A DNA stretch of 26,370 bases. Source: Candidatus Izemoplasmatales bacterium (GTDB lineage: Bacteria; Bacillota_I; Bacilli_A; Izemoplasmatales; Hujiaoplasmataceae). The position numbers and the translations under genes are program-made. Location of the stretch: contig JBFXGX010000024.1 of NCBI GenBank assembly GCA_050177605.1, forward strand, positions 1 through 26,370, in the 5' to 3' direction. Under the pieces are notes generated by a model, which did no database searches, had not been told where the DNA came from, and saw only the letters and a list, made by a program, of their open reading frames with translations. Below, piece after piece: positions 19,003 to 26,370 of this stretch (positions are counted from its first letter, which is position 1; every line of letters starts with the position of its first letter).

Positions 19003-19872
19003 ATGAGTCGTAATCAACTAAATAAAGAATTAGCCCAAATGTTAAAGGGTGGCGTCATTATGGATGTGACGAATGCAGAGCAAGCAAAAATAGCGGAAGC
19101 CGCTGGCGCTTGTGCTGTAATGGCATTAGAAAGAATTCCTGCAGATATTCGTGCTGCTGGAGGAGTTTCAAGAATGAGTGATCCAAAATTAATCAAAGAG
19201 ATTCAAGCTGCTGTTTCGATTCCTGTCATGGCAAAAGTAAGAATTGGTCATTTTGTTGAGGCAGAAATTTTAGAAGCTTTGGAAATAGATTATATTGATG
19301 AATCTGAAGTTTTATCCCCTGCAGATGATATCTATCATATCAATAAAAACAATTTTAAAGTTCCATTTGTATGTGGGGCAAAAAACCTCGGCGAAGCTCT
19401 TCGTCGTATTGAAGAGGGTGCTTCCATGATTCGTACAAAAGGCGAACCTGGTACAGGTGATGTAATACAAGCTGTACGTCATATGCGTATGATTCAGTCT
19501 GAGATTCGCCGCATTTCTTCTTTAAGAGAAGATGAACTTTATGAGGAAGCAAAAAAAATGGGTGTTCCTATTCATCAACTTGAATTTGTTCATCAAAACA
19601 AAAAATTACCTGTAGTCAATTTTGCCGCAGGTGGCGTTGCGACTCCAGCGGATGCGGCACTCATGATGAAACTTGGCGCAGAAGGCGTATTCGTTGGATC
19701 TGGAATCTTTAAATCAGGAAATCCAAAACGCCGTGCAGAAGCGATTGTAAAAGCAGTGACCAATTTTAATGACCCTAAAATCCTAGCGGAGGTTAGCGAA
19801 GATTTAGGAGAAGCTATGGTTGGAATTAACGAAGAAGAAATCGCATTATTAATGGCTGAACGAGGAGAATAA
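19003..19872 (+). CDS. pdxS: Pyridoxal 5'-phosphate synthase lyase subunit
   Basis: [41 protein letters not shown] 19003 preferred over TTG 18979. Confidence 0.97.
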   Translation: MSRNQLNKELAQMLKGGVIMDVTNAEQAKIAEAAGACAVMALERIPADIRAAGGVSRMSDPKLIKEIQAAVSIPVMAKVRIGHFVEAEILEALEIDYIDESEVLSPADDIYHINKNNFKVPFVCGAKNLGEALRRIEEGASMIRTKGEPGTGDVIQAVRHMRMIQSEIRRISSLREDELYEEAKKMGVPIHQLEFVHQNKKLPVVNFAAGGVATPADAALMMKLGAEGVFVGSGIFKSGNPKRRAEAIVKAVTNFNDPKILAEVSEDLGEAMVGINEEEIALLMAERGE

Positions 19873-19875
19873 ACC

Positions 19876-20478
19876 TTGAAGATAGGCATACTTGCATTAC
19901 AGGGAGCATTTATCGAGCATAAACATATGCTTGATAGATTAAAAGTAGAATCATTTGAAATTAGGCAGTACGCTGATTTAGAAAAAGAAATGGACGGCAT
20001 TATACTCCCTGGGGGAGAATCAACAGTTATGTTAAAACTCCTTCATGATTTAAGAATGTATTATCCACTTAGAAACCTAATTCTATCAGGATTGCCGGTA
20101 TTTGGAACTTGTGCTGGACTCATTTTGCTAGCAAAGACAGTCAATAATGATGATCGTACTTTTTTAAATGTAATGGATATCACGGTAAAAAGAAATGCAT
20201 TTGGTAGACAGTTAGGTAGTTTTCGCCAAATGGGAACTTTTAATAATTTAGAACTAGAATTAGTCTTTATACGAGCACCTTATATTGAGTCTGTTAGTGA
20301 AGAAACTGAGGTTTTAACTTCATTTGATGGGATGATTTTAGCAGCAAGAGAAAATAACATGCTTGCGACTGCATTTCACCCTGAATTATCAAATTCAACA
20401 CTCGTCCATGAATACTTCATTCAAATGGTTCTACGACATAAAAATAAAAGTCACTTTCGAGTGACTTCAAACTGTTAA
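19876..20478 (+). CDS. pdxT: Pyridoxal 5'-phosphate synthase glutaminase subunit
   Basis: ALQGAF, PGGEST, GTCAG, FIRAP, FHPE; TTG start with AGGAG. Confidence 0.96.
   Translation: MKIGILALQGAFIEHKHMLDRLKVESFEIRQYADLEKEMDGIILPGGESTVMLKLLHDLRMYYPLRNLILSGLPVFGTCAGLILLAKTVNNDDRTFLNVMDITVKRNAFGRQLGSFRQMGTFNNLELELVFIRAPYIESVSEETEVLTSFDGMILAARENNMLATAFHPELSNSTLVHEYFIQMVLRHKNKSHFRVTSNC
20448..20467. repeat. Perfect hairpin AAGTCACT-TTCG-AGTGACTT
   Basis: 8-bp perfect stem within the last codons of pdxT; similar to 24875-24896. Confidence 0.7.
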
Positions 20479-20498
20479 TAAATAGAGTGTATCTATAG

Positions 20499-20535
20499 AA
20501 AAATCGATTATGATTCAAGTCATAATCGATTTTTT
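20499..20535. terminator. Bidirectional intrinsic terminator after pdxT
   Basis: 15-bp perfect inverted repeat AAAAATCGATTATGA / TCATAATCGATTTTT. Confidence 0.85.
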
Positions 20536-20895
20536 AATGTTTTTCGTATTTAACTAGATATTTTATATACATTAATACGATTAATGAAATAAAAGGGAAA
20601 TAAAGTAGATCTATAAAGAAAGGATATTTACAAACCAGTTTCTTTATATCAAAATAGTTAAAAAATTAGTATGATTCTAAACCCGCATCTTCAGGCAAAT
20701 AGGTTCTAAATTACATTTATGAAGAATAGATTTTTGGCCATCTATATAGCATATTATCATATTAGCTGGAATTAAGAAGTTCAACATATTGATAATTAAT
20801 CTATCAACAGTTTGTATTTTAAATATCTACTAGTCTATGATAAAATTTATAATCAATAAATTAAGTCTTTGGAAATACTGATCCACTAAAAAGCC

Positions 20896-20923
20896 AACGC
20901 TACTATCAGTCAAAAACAAACCT
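20896..20923. repeat. Dispersed 28-bp repeat, copy 1 (coding remnant)
   Basis: 25/28 identical to 23422-23449; minus strand reads GLFLTDSSV. Confidence 0.75.
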
Positions 20924-21017
20924 ATCTCAGTTCCACTAGCCTTAAACCCATACGTACTTTTTAAGATTTTTCCACCAAAAAAATCCAAAGTCCAATGATA
21001 TATTGATACAAATTAAA

Positions 21018-21509
21018 CTATCTATTTGGATAATGGTATTCTATTTTATTAGGAGCGAAGCGGTTATAACTTTGAATCACTTCTTTCGATGCATGCATTC
21101 GAATCAATGATTTGCTAATTAATTGATTTAAACTGTACTTGGATATATCAAAATTCGCGATAAACAACCATGGTTCTGTAGTAGACATAATTTTGTATTG
21201 TACATTTTCATCCCACGAAATAAATTTCTTTTTATAATTTTTGAATAAAGATACGTGAATACCAGTTTCGTCAAACTCAATAGTTGTATACCCCTTTATG
21301 GTAAGGTGAATCTGTAATCCAAGCGGTCCCACAACTCCTAAAGAATTCATCGTAATCAGTTCAAAAAGAGTAAGTTCAGCTAGTCTAGATACATTACTTA
21401 GTTCGAAAATTAACAATAAAATTGACAAAACTGTTAAGAAAATAAACATCTGAGCAAACTCTTTTGAAGAATAAAATTTATTAATATCTTTATTGGTATC
21501 TTTTTTCAT
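21018..21509 (-). CDS. Hypothetical two-TM membrane protein, separated from its RBS by IS110
   Basis: 163-aa ORF with two hydrophobic segments and a PH-like tail (IEFDETGI...ISWD); no SD next to the ATG in the present state. Confidence 0.65.
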   Translation of the reverse strand: MKKDTNKDINKFYSSKEFAQMFIFLTVLSILLLIFELSNVSRLAELTLFELITMNSLGVVGPLGLQIHLTIKGYTTIEFDETGIHVSLFKNYKKKFISWDENVQYKIMSTTEPWLFIANFDISKYSLNQLISKSLIRMHASKEVIQSYNRFAPNKIEYHYPNR

Positions 21510-21529
21510 AAGTCTTGTATAATCAAAAC

Positions 21530-21750
21530 GTCTTTAATAGATGATTTGATTATCCTTTCTTTATTTGTTTTTGATTTTTAATCGAATTGAGCACTGTGGA
21601 TTTGTTTCATATTTTTTATAGCTTTGACTATTATAGGAGACTCTTACCACAGTTCTTATTTTTTAATGTCAATCAGTAAGTTAGCGCTAGACGCTTCATC
21701 ACAAGACTAAATAAATAAGAATACTGTGACTTACCCAGTGCTAAATCTCA
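21530..21750 (+). ncRNA. Putative IS110 bridge (seek) RNA; ends approximate
   Basis: Nested stems AGCACTG/CAGTGCT (21590/21736) and CACAGTTCTTATTT/AAATAAGAATACTGTG (21648/21713), hairpin AGCG/CGCT; segments complementary to the donor junction and the empty target. Confidence 0.7.
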
Positions 21751-21765
21751 TAAGGAGGTGTTTCT

Positions 21766-22335
21766 ATGTATTATGTTGGAATTGACGTTTCAAAGTACAA
21801 GCATGACTGCTTCATAGCTACTGAAGCAAAAAGTATTAAAGCATTTCAGTTTGATAATAATCGTATAGGTTTCGATTTGTTTCTTACAACACTGAAATCC
21901 TTAGATCGATCACAAGAAATAAGAATAGGTCTTGAGGCAACGGGACACTAAGGCATGAATCTCAAACAGTTTATTTGCGCATCTGGTTATACTTATCTAG
22001 AATTCAATCCTTACTTAACACATCAGTTTTCGAAGGCTATGTCGTTACGTAAGACAAAAACAGATAAGGTAGACGCAAAAACTATTTCAAGTATGCTGGG
22101 TCCCGTTGACTACAAGACCTTACATACTTCATTTTATCACATTAATGAATTAAAACAATGTGTTCGTTATCGTGATCTTAAAATGAAACTCAGATCTAAG
22201 ATACTCGTTGAACTTACAAACGTCCTTGATCGGACGTTCCCTGAGTTCAAAGCATTCTTTAATCATCGATTAGTAGGTAGCGCCATGTTTATTTTGATCT
22301 TTCATTACTTAGATAACCTTATTGTGATTGTGTAG
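21766..22335 (+). pseudogene. IS110-family transposase/recombinase with an in-frame stop and C-terminal truncation
   Basis: YVGIDVSK, IGLEATGH*, FNP, KTDKVDA, LDRTFPE; TAA at 21949 where Tyr is expected (EATGHY); no second (Ser-containing) domain; AAGGAGGTG RBS. Confidence 0.93.
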
Positions 22336-22450
22336 CGCAATCAGTCAATCTATATCTTCTATATCTCTAAAATTACCTTATTTCTAATCCATTAAGGTTT
22401 TTTGTCATTTTTTCTATTTTTATTGATTTATCTATTGACTAAAGATAGTT

Positions 22451-22513
22451 AGTCACCTTATTTTTAACAGACTAGAGAAGTCTATTATACTGAAAAATAA
22501 AGCGCTTATGTAA
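22451..22513 (-). promoter_or_regulatory. Orphaned promoter and RBS, probably of the 21018-21509 gene
   Basis: -10 TATAAT 22484-22489, possible -35 TTACAT 22508-22513, SD AAGGTGA 22453-22459, cre-like CATAAGCGCTTTAT 22497-22510. Confidence 0.6.
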
Positions 22514-22550
22514 TTGGCAATTACTTTATATGTCGTATGCATATCACTTA

Positions 22551-22582
22551 TTAAATACAGCAGATATTTCTGTTGTATTTAA
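22551..22582. terminator. Long hairpin, possible terminator downstream of the lipoprotein gene
   Basis: TTAAATACAGCAGA-TATT-TCTGTTGTATTTAA (13/14 match); weak U tract. Confidence 0.5.
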
Positions 22583-22643
22583 TTGTTATGTAGTTTTATT
22601 CCTAGTCTGCATATTAATAATTTCTATTTAAGAAATCCCCATG

Positions 22644-23366
22644 TTATAACGGTTCATTCCAAGGAGAACTCTCCAAGAAATCAATTAAACCATCTTGATA
22701 TGTAAAGTAATCCGTAAATGTTCGATATCCCACTTCACTATCGTATGTTCCATCAGAATTAAACAACATTATTACCCACTCGTCACTCAATCTAGCTTCA
22801 GCCACAATTAATACCCTTCCATAGTCGTCTGAAATATAGTAATCTAAATTTCTATCATCAGGAAAATGTTCATCATCAGGAAATATGTACTCATATAGGG
22901 GAGCTATTTGCTCATAAGTTAATGGAGAATCTTGTTTAGTTCTTGCTATTTCTGAACATTTGATACGATTATTATCTATTTCGGAATTCCAGTCATTATC
23001 AATCTTTATTTCTTCAATTTCACTTTCACTAAACTCATTATCTGAAGAAGAAATGAAGTTAAGATTTGAATAATAACATACTTCATTTTCGTCTGAATAC
23101 TGCATAACTAATAAACTATAAGAACTAATATTATTACCCTCAAAATAAGTAAAAAGAATTTTACCATTGTCATCATATTCTAAAATATCAATCTCAGGAT
23201 CAAATCTAATTTCACTTTGAATAAATCCTTTTGTCCCTGGAATAACATTCAATGCCTGAGTATACAGGTTAGAATAATCTCCTTCATATTCAAATGAGTA
23301 ATTCCGACAACTCTGAATACCAAATATTACTAATAACATTGTAAAAATCATTATAAGTTTTCTCAT
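22644..23366 (-). CDS. Acidic predicted lipoprotein of unknown function (candidate immunity protein)
   Basis: MRK + hydrophobic core + IQS-C20 lipobox-like signal; D/E-rich; AGGAGA RBS. Confidence 0.75.
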   Translation of the reverse strand: MRKLIMIFTMLLVIFGIQSCRNYSFEYEGDYSNLYTQALNVIPGTKGFIQSEIRFDPEIDILEYDDNGKILFTYFEGNNISSYSLLVMQYSDENEVCYYSNLNFISSSDNEFSESEIEEIKIDNDWNSEIDNNRIKCSEIARTKQDSPLTYEQIAPLYEYIFPDDEHFPDDRNLDYYISDDYGRVLIVAEARLSDEWVIMLFNSDGTYDSEVGYRTFTDYFTYQDGLIDFLESSPWNEPL

Positions 23367-23421
23367 AGACTATATTCTCCTATATTAAAAAGATTCCACT
23401 TAAATAAGCAATTGACACATA

Positions 23422-23449
23422 AACGCTACTCTCAGTCAAGGACAAACCT
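23422..23449. repeat. Dispersed 28-bp repeat, copy 2 (coding remnant)
   Basis: Minus strand reads GLSLTESSV, continuing YVSIAYLSGIFLI* with the stop overlapping the lipoprotein RBS. Confidence 0.75.
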
Positions 23450-23512
23450 CAATAGGCTTAAAACCCTCTGAATCCATTCGTAGTTACGAATATTTTCACA
23501 ATGCTATTTCTA

Positions 23513-24238
23513 CTATATTCTGTTATAACCTTTATATTGACAAATAAAATAATATAAAAAATGTATATTACCATACAAAGGTATCATAAATTGTTGTTTA
23601 TAAAAACTTGCGATCATTTTATAGATTATTCCTAATTTAGGAGAAGATTTTTCGATTTGACATACCTTACAAATTAAAATCATATTACTATTCTTTTGAA
23701 ATATTACTCCATCTATACCATCACTAAATAAATCATCTACTATATTGTCTTCAACAAAGTCAAGCATAGCTATATTATACTCATTACGATTTAAATCTTT
23801 CTTCAAATCTTTATAACTTTTGGAATAAACAAAATTTACATGAATGGTCCCTTCCATAGGGAACGAGTAGTCTAACAAGTTCGAAAAACCTGTCGTTCTT
23901 GACATTGTATATAGAGTATTTTCTTGAAGATTTTTTTTAGCTACAAATTGAAAAAAATCCTTTGTGTTTCTATTTATAATTTTATAGACGATTCTTTCAC
24001 TATCTCCTGGTGATAAAAGACTTCTATTATTTTTTAATGTAGAAATGTTAGCAACCAGAATAATGAAAAGTAAAATTGGTTGTGAAATAATAGTAATTAC
24101 AATAAAGTAAAATGCTATCATAGCAAAACTCGGATAAAAAAATGACAAACAAATAAATGAAATAGTTAGTGCTCCTTCTATTGTAAAAATTATATTTCCT
24201 ACTTTTAATCGCTTTTTATATACTTCATAGACACTCAT
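23513..24238 (-). CDS. Hypothetical membrane protein with two N-terminal TM segments
   Basis: 241-aa ORF; GGAGG RBS within the end of the upstream ORF. Confidence 0.7.
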   Translation of the reverse strand: MSVYEVYKKRLKVGNIIFTIEGALTISFICLSFFYPSFAMIAFYFIVITIISQPILLFIILVANISTLKNNRSLLSPGDSERIVYKIINRNTKDFFQFVAKKNLQENTLYTMSRTTGFSNLLDYSFPMEGTIHVNFVYSKSYKDLKKDLNRNEYNIAMLDFVEDNIVDDLFSDGIDGVIFQKNSNMILICKVCQIEKSSPKLGIIYKMIASFYKQQFMIPLYGNIHFLYYFICQYKGYNRI

Positions 24239-24241
24239 AAT

Positions 24242-24720
24242 TTACCTCCAAATTTTAGCTAAAAAATAATCTTTATACCTATCTCCATAACTATAGATGA
24301 GTGAATCATATATTCCAGCTACTAAATATTCGTTCCATTGAACAACACCTTTTCCAGTAAAGAAATCGTTGGTTACCTTTGTTAATATATTGGCTATTGT
24401 GTATGCAGATGCATCATATGCAACTCCTGCCCAAGAGAATCTTTCAGTGTCATTGTCCCAAAGAATTTCATTCTCAAATTCATTTAAAATAGCGTTTGCT
24501 CCAGCAGCTAAAGGCTGAGCTAACCACAATGTCAAAGCAGACAAAAGTCATACGTAAATAGTATATCATATACACCATCTGTTTTTTTATAATATTTTTT
24601 TTTAGTTTAAGACATATATTCAATTCTTTGAAAAAAGGTTGTTTAATCCTTTGATATACTTCTTTGGATATTCTATATCCCATATCATCAAAAGAATATT
24701 TTTTCGCATTTACTATAAAA
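24242..24720 (-). pseudogene. Degraded RHS/YD-repeat gene: core fragments plus a variable C-terminal fragment
   Basis: YSFDDMGYRISK (24663-24698) fits YxYDxxGxRxxK; TDGVYDILFTYD (24547-24582) is in a second frame; a 100-codon tail (24242-24544) is in the third frame. Confidence 0.55.
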
Positions 24721-24797
24721 CCAAGTGCCAAAATCATCATGAATTTCTACCATTTCTTACATCTTTTATGACGTGTATCCACTTTTTCACTAGAACT

Positions 24798-24817
24798 AGT
24801 GATTCACGTGAATCACT
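24798..24817. repeat. Perfect 20-bp palindrome AGTGATTCACGTGAATCACT
   Basis: Directly visible. Confidence 0.8.
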
Positions 24818-24831
24818 TTGATTACTAACGC

Positions 24832-24863
24832 AAAAAAAGTACCCATCAAATGATGGATACTTT
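24832..24863 (-). terminator. Intrinsic terminator of the flotillin gene
   Basis: Minus strand AAAGTATCCATC-ATTT-GATGGGTACTTT followed by further Ts. Confidence 0.8.
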
Positions 24864-24874
24864 GTCAACAGTCT

Positions 24875-24896
24875 AAAATCACTCACTAGTGACTTT
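24875..24896. repeat. Hairpin AAAATCACT-CACT-AGTGACTTT
   Basis: Inverted repeat followed by a T tract on the + strand; similar to 20448-20467. Confidence 0.6.
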
Positions 24897-24915
24897 TTTA
24901 TTTGATATTGAATCG

Positions 24916-26352
24916 TTATTTCTTAGGTGCTTCTTTGACTTCTGCATCAACTACAGGAGCGGATTTTTCTTCCATTGTTTTACCTAAGAAAGAAGGTAAA
25001 TCCATTCCAGCCATATTGAATAATTCATTCATTGGAGGAATTGATTTCATTAAATTACTAACAAAGTTTGCAGTTTGAGTTGTACCTTCACCGTTGCTAG
25101 TGCCACCATCCCAAACAGTAATCTTATCAATCTTAAGATTTTTAATTGCTTCAACTTGAATACCAACAAGTGTTTCTAATTTATCGGCAATTAACATTTG
25201 AACTGCAGCAGTTGGATTTCCACCTGCGGCTTTAACCATTTGTAAGAAACCTTCAGCTTGTTTAGATAAGATTTCGAAAGTACCACGAGCTTCAGCTGAC
25301 ATTTTTGCATAAATCGCATCTGCCTCACCTTGTGCTTTTTGACGAGTTTGTTCGGCAATCGCTTCTGCTTCGATGACTAATTTTTGTTTATCAATTTGAG
25401 ATTTGACGATAACGTCAGCTTCTTGGGTTGCTTTTTCTCTGGCAGCACGAGCTAATTCGGCGTTTTGTTCCGCAACATAAGATTCTTCTAATGCTTTTGC
25501 GGCCGCAATTTTTTCGGCAGCCATTGCTCTTCTTAAGGATTCAGCTTGAATTTCACGACGAGAAGCATCTGTTTGAGAGATTTTTCCTAATGCCTCATTT
25601 TCACCGGCAACGGCTTCTTGGTTAGCACTAGCGACTTGAATTCTTTGATCTCTAACAGCATTCGCTTCACCAATCGAACCGTCTCTGTTCTTTTCAGCAA
25701 CTGTTTTCTTCGCATCATTGATGGCTTTTGCAGCTGCTTCTTTTCCTAGGGCTTCGATATATCCTGATTCGTCATTAATGTCGGTAACGTTAACGTTGAT
25801 GAGTCTTAAACCGATTTTTTTAAGTTCAGATTCAACGTTTCCCGAAACGGCTTCTAGGAATTTGTCACGGTCTGTGTTGATTTCTTCGATATCCATTGTC
25901 GCAATAACAAGACGTAATTGTCCAAAGATAATATCTTTAGCTAATTCTTGAACTTCATTTAAATGAAGACCTAACAAACGTTCTGCAGCATTTTGCATAA
26001 CGCCAGGTTCTGTCGATACACCGACTGTAAAACGAGAAGGTACATCGATACGAATGTTTTGTCTAGAAAGTGCATTCGTTAAGTCAACGCTAATTGACAT
26101 TGGTGTTAAATCTAAATATTGGTAACTTTGAATAAATGGAATGATAAACTTGACTCCACCATGCATACAGTTGGCACTTTTCTTTGAACCATCTTGGTTA
26201 CTACCTACTTTACCATAAACAACTAAAATTTTGTCTGAAGGACATTTACGTATACGAGATACGATGAACATAATGACTGTAAAGAAAATAATTACTAACT
26301 TAATAATTAATCCTAACCAGTCACTTGTTGCAGCAAATACAAATAAATTCAT
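24916..26352 (-). CDS. Flotillin-family (SPFH/band 7) membrane protein
   Basis: N-terminal TM, SPFH domain (AAERLLG...GQLRLVIATMDIEEIN.DR), A/E-rich coiled coil, KIDKITVWD; AGGAG RBS. Confidence 0.93.
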   Translation of the reverse strand: MNLFVFAATSDWLGLIIKLVIIFFTVIMFIVSRIRKCPSDKILVVYGKVGSNQDGSKKSANCMHGGVKFIIPFIQSYQYLDLTPMSISVDLTNALSRQNIRIDVPSRFTVGVSTEPGVMQNAAERLLGLHLNEVQELAKDIIFGQLRLVIATMDIEEINTDRDKFLEAVSGNVESELKKIGLRLINVNVTDINDESGYIEALGKEAAAKAINDAKKTVAEKNRDGSIGEANAVRDQRIQVASANQEAVAGENEALGKISQTDASRREIQAESLRRAMAAEKIAAAKALEESYVAEQNAELARAAREKATQEADVIVKSQIDKQKLVIEAEAIAEQTRQKAQGEADAIYAKMSAEARGTFEILSKQAEGFLQMVKAAGGNPTAAVQMLIADKLETLVGIQVEAIKNLKIDKITVWDGGTSNGEGTTQTANFVSNLMKSIPPMNELFNMAGMDLPSFLGKTMEEKSAPVVDAEVKEAPKK

Positions 26353-26370
26353 ACATTTTCTCCTTTATAT

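Larger units (their letters stand above)
21511..22454 (+). mobile_element. IS110-family element, internally deleted and non-autonomous (944 bp including both AGTC copies)
   Basis: AGTC at 21511-21514 and 22451-22454; end-joining forms TTGACT-17-TATAAT; DEDD transposase remnant; long non-coding left end. Confidence 0.85.

Noticed and set aside
20540..20830. Possible gene between the pdxT terminator and repeat copy 1
   Set aside because: Only short stop-interrupted frames (e.g. YLPEDAGLESY*); probably a decayed gene, but no product can be supported.
21949..21951. Transposase stop as programmed readthrough or genetic-code-4 recoding
   Set aside because: The stop is TAA, one change from a Tyr codon; TGA serves as a stop elsewhere in the window, and the gene is truncated anyway.
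22322..22345. AATCAGT and TTGTGAT matches to the left-end RNA region as an alternative right end
   Set aside because: No shared core with the left flank and no junction promoter; the AGTC boundary at 22454 explains the promoter, the empty site and the guides together.
24480..24740. 86-aa ORF as a real standalone gene
   Set aside because: YD-like similarity moves between frames near a poly-A run; better read as a pseudogene fragment.
1609..25951. Short alternative-frame or antisense ORFs in the track (e.g. 1609-1938, 2797-3003, 4282-4476, 7548-7772, 7983-8228, 14999-15241, 19593-20000, 25718-25951)
   Set aside because: They overlap well-supported genes and show no recognisable motifs; they are shadow ORFs.
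1..26370. CRISPR array, tRNA, rRNA, integron attC array
   Set aside because: No regularly spaced repeats, cloverleaf or rRNA-like segments, and no integrase or attC-like sites were seen by eye.

Overview
AT-rich bacterial window using the standard code (TGA stops at 9346, 14877 and 17470). The style suggests a low-GC Bacillota/Acholeplasmatales-Izemoplasmatales-like anaerobe (inference). Positions 1-20.5 kb are metabolic: a 5'-truncated LacI-family gene; pncA-pncB (NAD salvage); a branched-chain amino-acid fermentation operon (leucine dehydrogenase, P-loop ATPase, 4-subunit 2-oxoacid:ferredoxin oxidoreductase, ptb, buk); a five-gene flavin/Fe-S dehydrogenase cluster with P5C dehydrogenase (probable proline oxidation); an ABC exporter; a GNAT; and pdxR divergent from pdxST. 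Both amino-acid operons carry cre-like LacI-family operators at their promoters. Positions 20.5-24.8 kb are an accessory island that looks like a decayed RHS/YD toxin-immunity array, followed by a flotillin gene. The main finding is a 944-bp internally deleted IS110 element (21511-22454) that can be reconstructed from the sequence. It has AGTC at both ends, and joining the ends creates a TTGACT-17bp-TATAAT promoter. Removing it restores the ribosome-binding site of the neighbouring gene. Its structured non-coding left end has segments complementary to both the reconstructed donor junction (10/10) and the empty target (8/8), consistent with a bridge RNA.
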